Notes: a model not told the origin generated them from the letters alone. Positions 9,395 to 17,988 are shown, counted from the first letter of the stretch. The stretch is 30,915 bases of DNA from Deltaproteobacteria bacterium (GCA_024641835.1 JAHECH010000001.1:1-30915), one strand, 5' to 3'. A program made the numbers and translations.

Positions 9395-11503
9395 ATGTCA
9401 AATTACAAAGTGGGCATTGATGTAGGCGGCACTTTTACGGATTTTCTTCTCGCGTTTGAGGATGGTTCGTCACGGATCTACAAAGTGCTCTCGACACCGG
9501 AGGATCCTTCAATTGCTACAATGAAGGGCCTGGAGGAGATGGCTTCGGATCTTCAGCTTGGGCTAGAGGAGTTTCTACGCAGAGTTTCTGCTATTATCCA
9601 TGGAACCACAGTTACCACAAACGCTGTGCTGACCCGGACAGGCGCGAAAACCGCACTCTTGACCACAAAAGGCGTAAGAGACGCTCTTGAAATGAGAAGG
9701 GGAATCCGGGAAGAGCAGTACAATAATCGCTACAAGAATGTGGTTCCTCTGGTCGAAAGGTATCTCAGGATTCCTATTGATGAGAGACTGGATTACAAAG
9801 GAGACCCGATTGTTCCTATTAACTTGGAACAAGTGGATAAAGCTACGAATATCCTTCATCAGGAAGGTGTCGAAGCTGTGGCCATTTGCTTCATGAACTC
9901 TTTTGCTAATGATATGCATGAGAGAGAGGCAGCAAAAGTGGTTAGAAAGGGCCTTGGTGATGCATACCTCACCGTTTCCAGTGAGGTTTTGCCTTCTATC
10001 AGGTTTTATGATCGGGTTAGCACGACAGTGCTGAATTCTTACGTCGGCCCTATTCTTGCGCGATATTTGAAGTCGTTGATAAGCAGACTTCAGAAACTTA
10101 AGTATGCAGGAATTTTGCTCATCATGCAATCAAACGGGGGGGTGATATCGCCTGACTTGGCCATCGAGCGGGCGGCAGTCACACTGCTTTCGGGCCCTGC
10201 CGGAGGCCCCGCGGCTGGAATAGCCTATACAACGGTTTGCGGATATGACAGTTGTATTACCGTCGACATGGGTGGAACGAGCTTTGATGCATCCCTCGTC
10301 GAGAACAAATGTCCTATTGTTACAACGACTGGAGAGATAGACCGGCTGAGACTGGCCCTGCCCATGCTTTATGTAAGGACGATCGGCGCTGGTGGAGGAA
10401 GCATTGGCTGGATCGACGAAGGTGGCCTTCTGAGAATGGGGCCCCAAAGTGCGGGTGCAAAGCCAGGTCCAGCTTGCTATGGCTTGGGAGGAGAACTGCC
10501 GACTTGTACGGATGCAGATCTTCTTTTGGGATACTTGGACAAGGAGTTTTTTGCCGGGGGCCGGATGCCTCTGAGCGTAGAAAAAGCAGAGAAAGCCATT
10601 GAAGAACACATAGCCAAACCCTTGAAATGCGATCTATATGAGGCAGCTGTTGGGATGTATAATGTTATTAATGTGAACATGGCGGCTGCAGTAAGGGAGG
10701 TGTCTGTGAAGCAGGGTTATGACCCTAGAGATTTCCCTCTGGTGGTGGCCGGGGGCGCTGGACCCAACCACGCGTGCATGATAGCACTCGAGCTTGAAAT
10801 TCCTGTCATGATCATTCCTAAAGAGTCATCAATCTTTTGTGCTGCGGGCATGCTCATGTCGGATCTCAAACACGATTTTGTGAGGACCTACGCGACGCCG
10901 CTTCACGCGGCAAGCCCAAAGAAATTCAAAGGGCTGTTTGATCAGATGAAAAAAGAAGGTATGGATCTTCTCATTTCGGAGGGTATAGAGAAGGAAAAAA
11001 TTGAATTTGTTCATTCATTGGATTTGCGGTATGTGAAGCAGTATCATGAGGTCAATGTGGTGATCAGCGAAGAAGAGGCGGCGAATGTGGATTTTGATTC
11101 AATGGCAGCGCGATTCCACCCGCAGCACAACAAACTGTTTGGCTATTCATTGGAAGATGAGGGTACCGCTATCGAACTGATCAATATGAGATTTGCATGT
11201 ATTGGTAAGACCGAGAAGCCTGTATTTAGAGAAGAGACATATGACGGTGAAGATCCTTCGAAAGCTTACAAGCGTAGCAGACGAGCATTCTTGCCTATGG
11301 AGAAGAAGTTTCTTGAAATTGACGTCTTTGATGGTGCTAGAGTTCAATATGGAAACAAAGTAGTGGGACCTGCGATTATAGAACAGGTTAATACAACAAC
11401 TTTTGTGTCTCCGGAATACAACGTACTTGTTGACAAATATGGCTCTTACACCGTTCATTTGAAGACGGAGGAAGATGAGATTAGGAAAAGGGTGCTCAAA
11501 TGA
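9395..11503 (+). CDS. Hydantoinase/oxoprolinase A subunit (ATP-binding; N-methylhydantoinase/acetophenone carboxylase family)
   Basis: GIDVGGTFTD, HGTTVTTNA, LSGPAGG, DMGGTSFD, IGAGGGSI, SAGAKPGPACY; GGAGGAGG RBS supports ATG 9395. Confidence 0.92.
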   Translation: MSNYKVGIDVGGTFTDFLLAFEDGSSRIYKVLSTPEDPSIATMKGLEEMASDLQLGLEEFLRRVSAIIHGTTVTTNAVLTRTGAKTALLTTKGVRDALEMRRGIREEQYNNRYKNVVPLVERYLRIPIDERLDYKGDPIVPINLEQVDKATNILHQEGVEAVAICFMNSFANDMHEREAAKVVRKGLGDAYLTVSSEVLPSIRFYDRVSTTVLNSYVGPILARYLKSLISRLQKLKYAGILLIMQSNGGVISPDLAIERAAVTLLSGPAGGPAAGIAYTTVCGYDSCITVDMGGTSFDASLVENKCPIVTTTGEIDRLRLALPMLYVRTIGAGGGSIGWIDEGGLLRMGPQSAGAKPGPACYGLGGELPTCTDADLLLGYLDKEFFAGGRMPLSVEKAEKAIEEHIAKPLKCDLYEAAVGMYNVINVNMAAAVREVSVKQGYDPRDFPLVVAGGAGPNHACMIALELEIPVMIIPKESSIFCAAGMLMSDLKHDFVRTYATPLHAASPKKFKGLFDQMKKEGMDLLISEGIEKEKIEFVHSLDLRYVKQYHEVNVVISEEEAANVDFDSMAARFHPQHNKLFGYSLEDEGTAIELINMRFACIGKTEKPVFREETYDGEDPSKAYKRSRRAFLPMEKKFLEIDVFDGARVQYGNKVVGPAIIEQVNTTTFVSPEYNVLVDKYGSYTVHLKTEEDEIRKRVLK

Positions 11504-13266
11504 AAAAGAATAAGATAGACAAGGTATTGGTGTCCATTCTCCAGCGAAGATTTAAGTCTATTACGGAGGAGATGAGCATTGCTTTGAGCCAAACGACCCG
11601 GTCACCGATTCTTTGCGAGGCAAAGGATTTTGTTACAGGTCTCTATGATGCGAAGGGGAGGATGCTTGAGCAGACAGAAAATCTGCCGATTCTGGCATTC
11701 TCTCTTGGACCCGTATGTGAGTACATCATTGATTACTTCGGGAATGACATCAACCCTGGAGACGTAATTTTTCATAATGATGTGTTTTCCATGGGAAACC
11801 AAAATAACGATGTCGCTGTATATAAGCCTATCTTTCACGGTGGGGAGCTTGTGGGTTGGGCTGCTTGTAAGGGGCATCAAGCCGATATAGGAGGTGCGGT
11901 TCAAGGCGGATACAACCCGAATGCGACCGAAGTGTGGCAGGAGGCATTGAGAATACCGCCAGTGAAGGTTTATGATAGAGGGAAATTGCGTGAAGATGTA
12001 TGGGATCTTATTTTTGCCAATATCCGATTGAAGATCGTCCAAGAGGACATGCGAGCACAGATAGGAAGTTGCGTGGTTGGAGAGAGAGGGATGCTCCGAC
12101 TTTTGGAGAGGTACGGGCTGGAAGTCTTCGAGGTCCATAAAGAACATCTCTTCGATTCTACCGAGAAGATGATGAGGGCGGAAATCAAGACTATTTGCAA
12201 TGGCACCTATTATGGTGAAAGCACTGTTTACTATGATGGCAGGACACCAGGCTCAAAATATAAAATCCGAGTGAAGATAGACGTGGAAGATGAGGATATC
12301 TGGTTTGATTATTCGGAAACGGATAAGCAGACGGACGGTTTTGTTAATGGGACATACACGTCGAGCGCCTCGGCTACGTTGCTGACTTTTCTCCAAATGG
12401 TAAATCCCGATATTCCGCATAATAATGGTATGGTTCGGCCGATTCATATCATCATACCAGAAGGAACAATTCTCAATGCAGCTTACCCCGCGGCTACTAC
12501 TTACGGAAATCATCTATGTCCCAATAATGCGGACGCGATAATGCGAGCTCTTTCTCCCGTCATACCTGACCGTGTCACTGCGGAGTGGAATGAGCTGCTG
12601 GCTTCACTTATTACAGCGATTGATCCTAGAAAAGGAGAACCTTATGTGGACTTGGGATTCATGGAGATGAAGGGAGGCTCTGGAGCGATAAAGGGGTGTG
12701 ATGGATATGATCATATAGGTATGATAGACGCGTCAGGGGGGGTTTTGGATCAGGATTATGAAATGTTCGAACAACAAACACCTCATCTGCTTCTAGAGCA
12801 CGAATATTGGCCGGACTCTGCGGGTGAGGGTCAGTGGCGAGGGGGATTAGGAGTCATAACAAGATTTAGAATCGGTAGTGAAAGAACAAAACTGGTGACT
12901 TTTGGGGATGGGGATGTAGAACCTCCCTTCGGCGCGCAAGGTGGAAAACCCGGCACTTTAAATAAGATAGAATTGATCTATCCGGATGGCCACGTGTATC
13001 GATGCAAGAGCAAAGACATGATTGATGGGATCCCATCCGGAACGATGTATTACCAAGAGGCGGGGGGCGGCGGGGGATATGGAGACCCTCGACTTAGGCC
13101 CGCGAGTTTGGTTGCTGGAGAGGTGCGAAATGGAATCATTTCGCTGCAAAAGGCTAGAGAAGTCTATGGAGTTTCAATTGATTCACATAGCTTTCAGGTA
13201 AACGAGAATGAGACAAAAAGAATGAGGGGAGTCCCTTGGAAGGGAGAGACCTCAGGGGGCCGTTAA
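11500..13266 (+). CDS. Hydantoinase B/oxoprolinase family subunit
   Basis: HQADIGG, QEALRIPPVK, SAGEGQWRGGLG, GGGGGYGDP; ATGA overlap with the A subunit. Confidence 0.92.
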   Translation: MKKNKIDKVLVSILQRRFKSITEEMSIALSQTTRSPILCEAKDFVTGLYDAKGRMLEQTENLPILAFSLGPVCEYIIDYFGNDINPGDVIFHNDVFSMGNQNNDVAVYKPIFHGGELVGWAACKGHQADIGGAVQGGYNPNATEVWQEALRIPPVKVYDRGKLREDVWDLIFANIRLKIVQEDMRAQIGSCVVGERGMLRLLERYGLEVFEVHKEHLFDSTEKMMRAEIKTICNGTYYGESTVYYDGRTPGSKYKIRVKIDVEDEDIWFDYSETDKQTDGFVNGTYTSSASATLLTFLQMVNPDIPHNNGMVRPIHIIIPEGTILNAAYPAATTYGNHLCPNNADAIMRALSPVIPDRVTAEWNELLASLITAIDPRKGEPYVDLGFMEMKGGSGAIKGCDGYDHIGMIDASGGVLDQDYEMFEQQTPHLLLEHEYWPDSAGEGQWRGGLGVITRFRIGSERTKLVTFGDGDVEPPFGAQGGKPGTLNKIELIYPDGHVYRCKSKDMIDGIPSGTMYYQEAGGGGGYGDPRLRPASLVAGEVRNGIISLQKAREVYGVSIDSHSFQVNENETKRMRGVPWKGETSGGR

Positions 13267-13493
13267 GCGAGGCTTGTTGGCAGCCTGCGCTGAATGTTCA
13301 GTTAGTCCAAGGTGAGTGCGGAAACGGATTAGCATCTTCCGTCGGGCGCTGGCCTATTCGATGGTAGAGGAGCAGCACCATCCGGGTGAAGGAGGGTCTG
13401 CTCATATCAGGGATAAAAGCCCAAAAAGGTTAGAAGCCTCAGAAAGTTTCGCCAGAGAAAGACCTAAAACCGGCATCATGGAGGTTTGAAGAA

Positions 13494-14684
13494 ATGCTGA
13501 TTGAGAAACAGGAAGATTATACTTCTCTCACATCCAACAAAACTAAGGGATGGGATGTCCCTTTTCCTGTGGCTAACTATAGGTTTGACCAGAGGAACGA
13601 GATGTTTAAACGGGCAGCGTGGGATGAGAAGATGCAGCCCTATGCCCATCGTTTTTACAGAGAAGCCGTATTCAAGGATCAGGTCGGTTACCGCAAAATA
13701 GACTACGCCTTGCGCAACGCTGCGTGGAACCTGGAGTGGACAGCCGGTCTGGGTAATTCAAGAAGTAACTTTGGGCTTTATTCGTGGGAAGGCGTTCCCG
13801 AAAAGATCCGCCACTGGGTGGAAAAAGACGGCCCCGTTCAAGGCAGTCCTGAAGAGATGAGTAAGATCGTCAAAAAAGCGGCTAAACTTCTTGGCGCGGA
13901 TCTTGTTGGCATCACGCGACTTCACCCGAACTGGGTCTATTCCCATGAATTCAACCTGATCACCCGTGAGCACTACCCCTTAGAAATTCCGGATGAATGC
14001 AAATATGCCGTTGTCATGGCTATCGCCATGGATTACAAGGCTATTCGCTCGCGATTCACCGGAATAGCCGGGGCCGCTACGGGGCGGGGATACTCTGATA
14101 TGGCCTTTGTGGGCAATCTTGTAGCAAGCTTTCTTCGGGGCCTGGGTTATCGTGCGATTCCCTGCGGAAATGATACGGCCCTCAGCGTTCCCCTTGCCAT
14201 GGCGGCTGGACTGGGAGAGTGCAGCCGGATGGGTCTTCTCGTAACAGAGACATTTGGACCACGGGTTCGGTTATGCAAAGTCTTTACAGATCTGCCTCTC
14301 GCATGCGATAAATACCGCCCTTTCGGCGTTGAAGCAATGTGCCGGATTTGCAACAAGTGCGCAGAAAATTGCCCCTCTCAAGCCCTCCCACACGGAGATA
14401 TGACCAGGGAAGGCCCTTCCATGTCGAATCAACATGGACTACTGAAGTGGTATTCGAATCCAGAAAAATGCTTTCAGTTTTGGTCCAAGAATCGCATGGA
14501 CTGCGCCAATTGTATCCGTGTGTGCGTCTTCAATAAGCCGAAGGGGCTTCTTCATGACTTAGTTAGAGCCATGATCAGAAGGACAACTATTTTCAATCAG
14601 CTCTTCGTATGGGGAGATGGTCTCATGGGTTATGATAAACCCTGGGATGCTGAAAGATTCTGGAGTTCTCTCATAGATCCCTGA
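13494..14684 (+). CDS. Reductive dehalogenase-family protein (cobalamin, 2x[4Fe-4S]), no TAT signal
   Basis: VKKAAKLLGADLVGI, GYS, LSVPLAMAAGLGECSRMGLLVT..GPRVRL, CRICNKCAENCP and C..W..DCANCIRVC; GGAGG RBS. Confidence 0.88.
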   Translation: MLIEKQEDYTSLTSNKTKGWDVPFPVANYRFDQRNEMFKRAAWDEKMQPYAHRFYREAVFKDQVGYRKIDYALRNAAWNLEWTAGLGNSRSNFGLYSWEGVPEKIRHWVEKDGPVQGSPEEMSKIVKKAAKLLGADLVGITRLHPNWVYSHEFNLITREHYPLEIPDECKYAVVMAIAMDYKAIRSRFTGIAGAATGRGYSDMAFVGNLVASFLRGLGYRAIPCGNDTALSVPLAMAAGLGECSRMGLLVTETFGPRVRLCKVFTDLPLACDKYRPFGVEAMCRICNKCAENCPSQALPHGDMTREGPSMSNQHGLLKWYSNPEKCFQFWSKNRMDCANCIRVCVFNKPKGLLHDLVRAMIRRTTIFNQLFVWGDGLMGYDKPWDAERFWSSLIDP

Positions 14685-14849
14685 TGTCCACCGGAAGTTG
14701 TTACGCCTTGTAATCAGCTATGACCAATGGCAGGCTCTACCATTTCCAATTCCTTCAATGTCTTGGGCCAGTGTTCCCGAATTCTCTCCAGGGGAAGGGA
14801 TGCTAAATTGCTGAGAGCAGCACCTCCATCAAGATTTATAGACCCTTTA

Positions 14850-15040
14850 CTAACCGATTCACGAGCCCAGCAGAAACGGCTATTCCTCAGCAAGCTTGTG
14901 AAGAGCATCACAGTCCATCCTGACAAGCTCACCGTAGAATACCACCCACCCATTCTCGCCAAAAAAAAGCCCCACCGGCAAAAGGCGAGACTTTTTCCGT
15001 AATTGACATGGCGTCCCCAAAGGTACTCCCCATTCACTAG
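14850..15040 (+). pseudogene. C-terminal remnant of a large serine recombinase
   Basis: QKRLFLSKLVKSITVHPDKLTVEY; one extra A in the A8 run at 14961-14968 would give KKKAPPAKGETFSVIDMASPK, resembling LSR tails that read into a tRNA-derived att site. Confidence 0.55.
15009..15020 (-). other. Putative att core: 3' fragment of a tRNA-Glu-like gene
   Basis: + strand TGGCGTCCCCAA = minus strand TTGGGGACGCCA; bacterial tRNA-Glu genes end GGGGACGCCA; no tRNA body follows. Confidence 0.45.
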
Positions 15041-15228
15041 TGTTGTTATGTTCGCCTAAGAAGTCATGGAAATAACTTGGAATTCTATCCAACCAAGAGG
15101 CACAAGACTCCGATCATCGTGCGGATGAAATGCGCTGACTATGAAAAGTGACGGAGGGTTCTATTCTATCTTGAATCGAGCTGGGTTCTCATGTGTGATG
15201 TTTGCTTCGTCTCAAGGGCCTCAGAAGA

Positions 15229-15897
15229 CTAGAAAATGCAAAAACTACCAAGTTGGCGGTTTGCCAATTGCGGTTCCATCAGACAGATGTAGGGATCTGG
15301 ATACTGATATCTTGCATACTGGCTCTTGTCTATTGTGAATGAACCTGAAGCTAATTTTGACAGTTCCTTGTTTTTTCTAAGGTAGGGAAACGCAAACAGC
15401 ACCCTTTTGGTCGGGAAGAGGGACATCGCTGTTCTCACAGCAGGGGCGAGATCCGTATCTCCAGTTACTAACACCGCCGTATCACACTCATTCCTGAGAA
15501 ACACTTCTAGTAATTTTACCGCAATGGCCACATCTGTCTCCTTCTCTTCGTGTTTGAAGAAGATTTTGCCGCACTTTGGTTCCGGGCATTTTACTTGTCT
15601 CGGCTTAAACCGGCTCAACTCAACTATGACCCCAGTGTCCTCAAGGCATTTGATAAAACGCCGGTGCCGGGCAGTCACGTCCGGGTCAACGGCTTCTATA
15701 TGCGTGGCCAATGCCGAAAAGTAGTAGACATTAGCCAATCGCGTTTTGTCGCCAACTGCTTTCGCGACAAGGTGCAAGTAAGATGAACACAATCTCTTGA
15801 TATCCAGCCACTTTGTCGAGAGGCGCAAAATTTTTTCTGCTGATCGCACCGAGTGGTATAGATTGAACCCATCGACTAGGAAGGTGACGAGATTCAT
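15229..15897 (-). CDS. NYN-domain (PIN-like) ribonuclease, with probable 1-bp deletion near the C-terminus
   Basis: FLVDGFNLYH, EEKETDV, LVTGDTDLAPA acidic motifs; start ATG 15897; alternate frame ends LSDGTAIGKPPTW* at 15245. Confidence 0.88.
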   Translation of the reverse strand: MNLVTFLVDGFNLYHSVRSAEKILRLSTKWLDIKRLCSSYLHLVAKAVGDKTRLANVYYFSALATHIEAVDPDVTARHRRFIKCLEDTGVIVELSRFKPRQVKCPEPKCGKIFFKHEEKETDVAIAVKLLEVFLRNECDTAVLVTGDTDLAPAVRTAMSLFPTKRVLFAFPYLRKNKELSKLASGSFTIDKSQYARYQYPDPYICLMEPQLANRQLGSFCIF

Positions 15898-15939
15898 GGT
15901 GGAAGGCGGAATCCCTTCATGCAGAGTAAGGAAAGAGAC

Positions 15940-15970
15940 AAAAAAACCCGTTGGATCGCAACCCAACGGG
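15940..15970 (-). terminator. Intrinsic terminator upstream of the NYN gene
   Basis: Minus strand CCCGTTGG-(8 nt)-CCAACGGG followed by T7. Confidence 0.75.
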
Positions 15971-16006
15971 GGCCAGGGAGCCTATAAGGCCCCACTGGGG
16001 TAGACG
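15940..16006 (-). ncRNA. Candidate ~65-nt two-hairpin RNA/leader between the NYN promoter and terminator
   Basis: Hairpin CCAGTGGGGCC-TTATA-GGCTCCCTGG (15973-15998; 10 bp, one bulge, one G-U) followed by the terminator hairpin. Confidence 0.5.
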
Positions 16007-16011
16007 TAAGA

Positions 16012-16040
16012 ACTATATGCTCCCCATCCACATGTGTCAA
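16012..16040 (-). promoter_or_regulatory. Sigma70-type promoter driving the leader/NYN gene
   Basis: Minus strand TTGACA-N17-TATAGT. Confidence 0.8.
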
Positions 16041-16053
16041 GTTTTTTGATTTG

Positions 16054-16071
16054 TCTCGAATCGATTCGAGA
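16054..16071. promoter_or_regulatory. 18-bp perfect palindrome, possible operator
   Basis: TCTCGAATCGATTCGAGA, 13 bp upstream of the NYN -35 box. Confidence 0.4.
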
Positions 16072-16534
16072 TTTCCTCAAGATTCCTTGAGTGTGTGCCT
16101 TTGGCTCCTGGATCGATCTGCCGCTGACATGCCTCATAACGCCCCAACAATCTCCGATCCGCACCCATCTCATGCTCCGCTCCGAGCGCAAGTCCCGCCA
16201 CCCCATAGGGCGCAGGCGAAGTGCGGCTCACAATAGGGCAGGAAGGGCTGCCTTGCGGGCACGCAGAAATTAGAAATGTCCAAATACAGGAGGGGCGCAA
16301 TTCCCCGATGCCACCCGCACTGGGGAGAGTGTCCATCATGCACCTGTAAGGAGCGGGAGGATGATATAGAGTAGATGAACCCTGACGCCCATGGTGGTTT
16401 AGAAGATAGAAGGATTTGACGACTGTGAGTAAGTAAAACTGGGGTTTTCTAAACCGAATTCTGTGTAATCCTCGTCTCCGGCTGGGGGTCAAAATGCCCT
16501 TCGGGTATCCCCGCCTGCGGCTCTGATCTCCGCC

Positions 16535-16912
16535 CTACCGTTCTCCTTTGAACTGCTTTACGTTCAAAGCCTTCCACTGCAGGCCGGGATGATTTTGTAT
16601 CTTTTTCATCATCTCTTCATCATCCGTAATCAAGGAAGGGTCTATGTCTCCATGGTCCAGGATGTGGTCAAGAAACTCGCGCTCTCTTTGTGTGAATGGT
16701 AACACGACGGAGATGGCCTGCCGGCACTCTTCAACGACACGGGAAGCCCATCTTTCAGGTTCACGAACATAACCCGGCTCATCAATGCGCAATACAGGAG
16801 TCAACTCATTTGCCAGCTCAGCAGCACCATACCGGATGTCATCTACCGACACAGTACGCCAATCCTTTCGGTTCATCGCACCGTAAACGATCCTTTCTCG
16901 TGAGAGCTTCAA
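16535..16912 (-). pseudogene. abiEii: AbiEii nucleotidyltransferase toxin remnant with a large in-frame internal deletion
   Basis: TTG start overlapping the abiEi stop (TTGA) with GGAGG RBS; MKLSRERI joined directly to C-terminal VYGAMNRKDWRTVS..HPGLQWKALNV; no KGGT/S.D.D catalytic motifs; 125 aa. Confidence 0.75.
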
Positions 16913-17715
16913 CCCACTTCCTCCCATCTTCTTTCCAGTATTTCAGGTGGCACCACGAGATTCCATCTTTTTAAGAAACGGCCAGCTGTTCGGCCCTTAT
17001 GGACCATGTAGTGAGGTTTCACCGGTATAAATGAACCAAGACGATCAAGGTGACCCTCATCAGGCATCAGGGTATCCTGATGTTGCTCCAGAAAAAAACC
17101 CACTTTCGCGGCAGTTGTCGCATTGCCCAGGAGATGGGTGTATTCAACCACATTGTCAAGGTCAAAGAACTCGATCAACTCAAGCGACCTCCATATCTCT
17201 TCCCAGGTTCCTCCCATGGAAGGACGATCCAGCACGTCCACAAAGGTACGATCCAAGCTGGTCACTCGGACGTCCAGTCCCTGCCTATCAACGGACGTCA
17301 CGCCGAAGGACTCCTGTCCTTTTTCTCTCAGCTTCCTGGGGTGGGCTACCCCACGGTATCTTTGGCCTCTTAAATTCAGTGGACGGCTTTTTGATCGTGT
17401 GAGATACGCAAACTCCTCGCGCACTGAGTACGCCTTGCCGTGCAGCTCAAGGGCGGTGTGGTAGGCAAGGACTGCGTCAGGGGCCATTCTCGAAGTAAGC
17501 AGGTATGGATCAACTGGGCATTTTTCAGGGGTGAGTCCAGGCGGCACTGTGACATAAAGCCCACGCCGGACCCGCAGAAGATGCCCGCTCTTCGTATGAT
17601 GGTTCAGGATGGACTCGCGCGTTTTGACATTGGTGGAGCCTTTATCTGAGAGAAACTCCACTAAGTCCTGATAGGTGAAGACCGGGTGTGTTGCGAAGAA
17701 ATCTTGTAGTTTCAT
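16909..17715 (-). CDS. abiEi: AbiEi-type antitoxin/transcriptional regulator (type IV toxin-antitoxin)
   Basis: N-terminal wHTH (VFTYQDL..LLRVRRGLY), AVLAYHTALELHG, TSLDRTFVDVLDRP; start ATG 17715. Confidence 0.85.
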   Translation of the reverse strand: MKLQDFFATHPVFTYQDLVEFLSDKGSTNVKTRESILNHHTKSGHLLRVRRGLYVTVPPGLTPEKCPVDPYLLTSRMAPDAVLAYHTALELHGKAYSVREEFAYLTRSKSRPLNLRGQRYRGVAHPRKLREKGQESFGVTSVDRQGLDVRVTSLDRTFVDVLDRPSMGGTWEEIWRSLELIEFFDLDNVVEYTHLLGNATTAAKVGFFLEQHQDTLMPDEGHLDRLGSFIPVKPHYMVHKGRTAGRFLKRWNLVVPPEILERRWEEVG

Positions 17716-17746
17716 TTCCAACGCCCCGCTTGATAACAGGGATCTA

Positions 17747-17769
17747 CACCCTTGAATTATTTAAAGGTA
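17747..17769. promoter_or_regulatory. Imperfect palindrome IR1, putative AbiEi operator
   Basis: CACCCTTGAATTATTTAAAGGTA; core 17/21 identical to IR2. Confidence 0.55.
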
Positions 17770-17776
17770 TTGATGA

Positions 17777-17805
17777 TTAGTATCAAGTCTAAAAACCGAT
17801 TGCAA
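17777..17805 (-). promoter_or_regulatory. Putative abiEi promoter
   Basis: Minus strand TTGCAA-N17-TACTAA with TGn extension, between IR1 and IR2. Confidence 0.45.
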
Positions 17806-17830
17806 GCAAATATTTGATGCCACAAAGCAA

Positions 17831-17853
17831 TACCCCTAAATTTATTAAAGGTA
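17831..17853. promoter_or_regulatory. Imperfect palindrome IR2, putative AbiEi operator
   Basis: TACCCCTAAATTTATTAAAGGTA, 84 bp from IR1. Confidence 0.55.
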
Positions 17854-17988
17854 ATGCATACAAAAATCAAGTCGAGGAGTCCCGGCCTGTTAAGGCTCTG
17901 GCAAGAGATGATCATAGGGCGGCTCAACCTTTCTTGAACAGCAAGGAAAAGTCCTCCAAGTAGCCTTTAAAGCGAAGGAAAATGCTTT

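Noticed and set aside
13290-13301. Palindrome CTGAATGTTCAG upstream of the dehalogenase, loosely like the TGAA-N4-TTCA core of the 49-bp repeats
   Set aside because: Short, different spacing, expected by chance
14714-14830. Minus-strand peptide LERIREHWPKTLKELEMVEPAIG that looks protein-like
   Set aside because: Could be another gene stump but no family recognised; the rest of that ORF is antisense to the recombinase remnant
16913-16927. ORF-track start gives the AbiEii remnant the N-terminus MGGSG, like the CBASS cyclase (possible Cap9 decoy)
   Set aside because: The ATG arises from abiEi Arg-Trp codons, and GGAGG is the RBS for the coupled TTG at 16912; most likely coincidence
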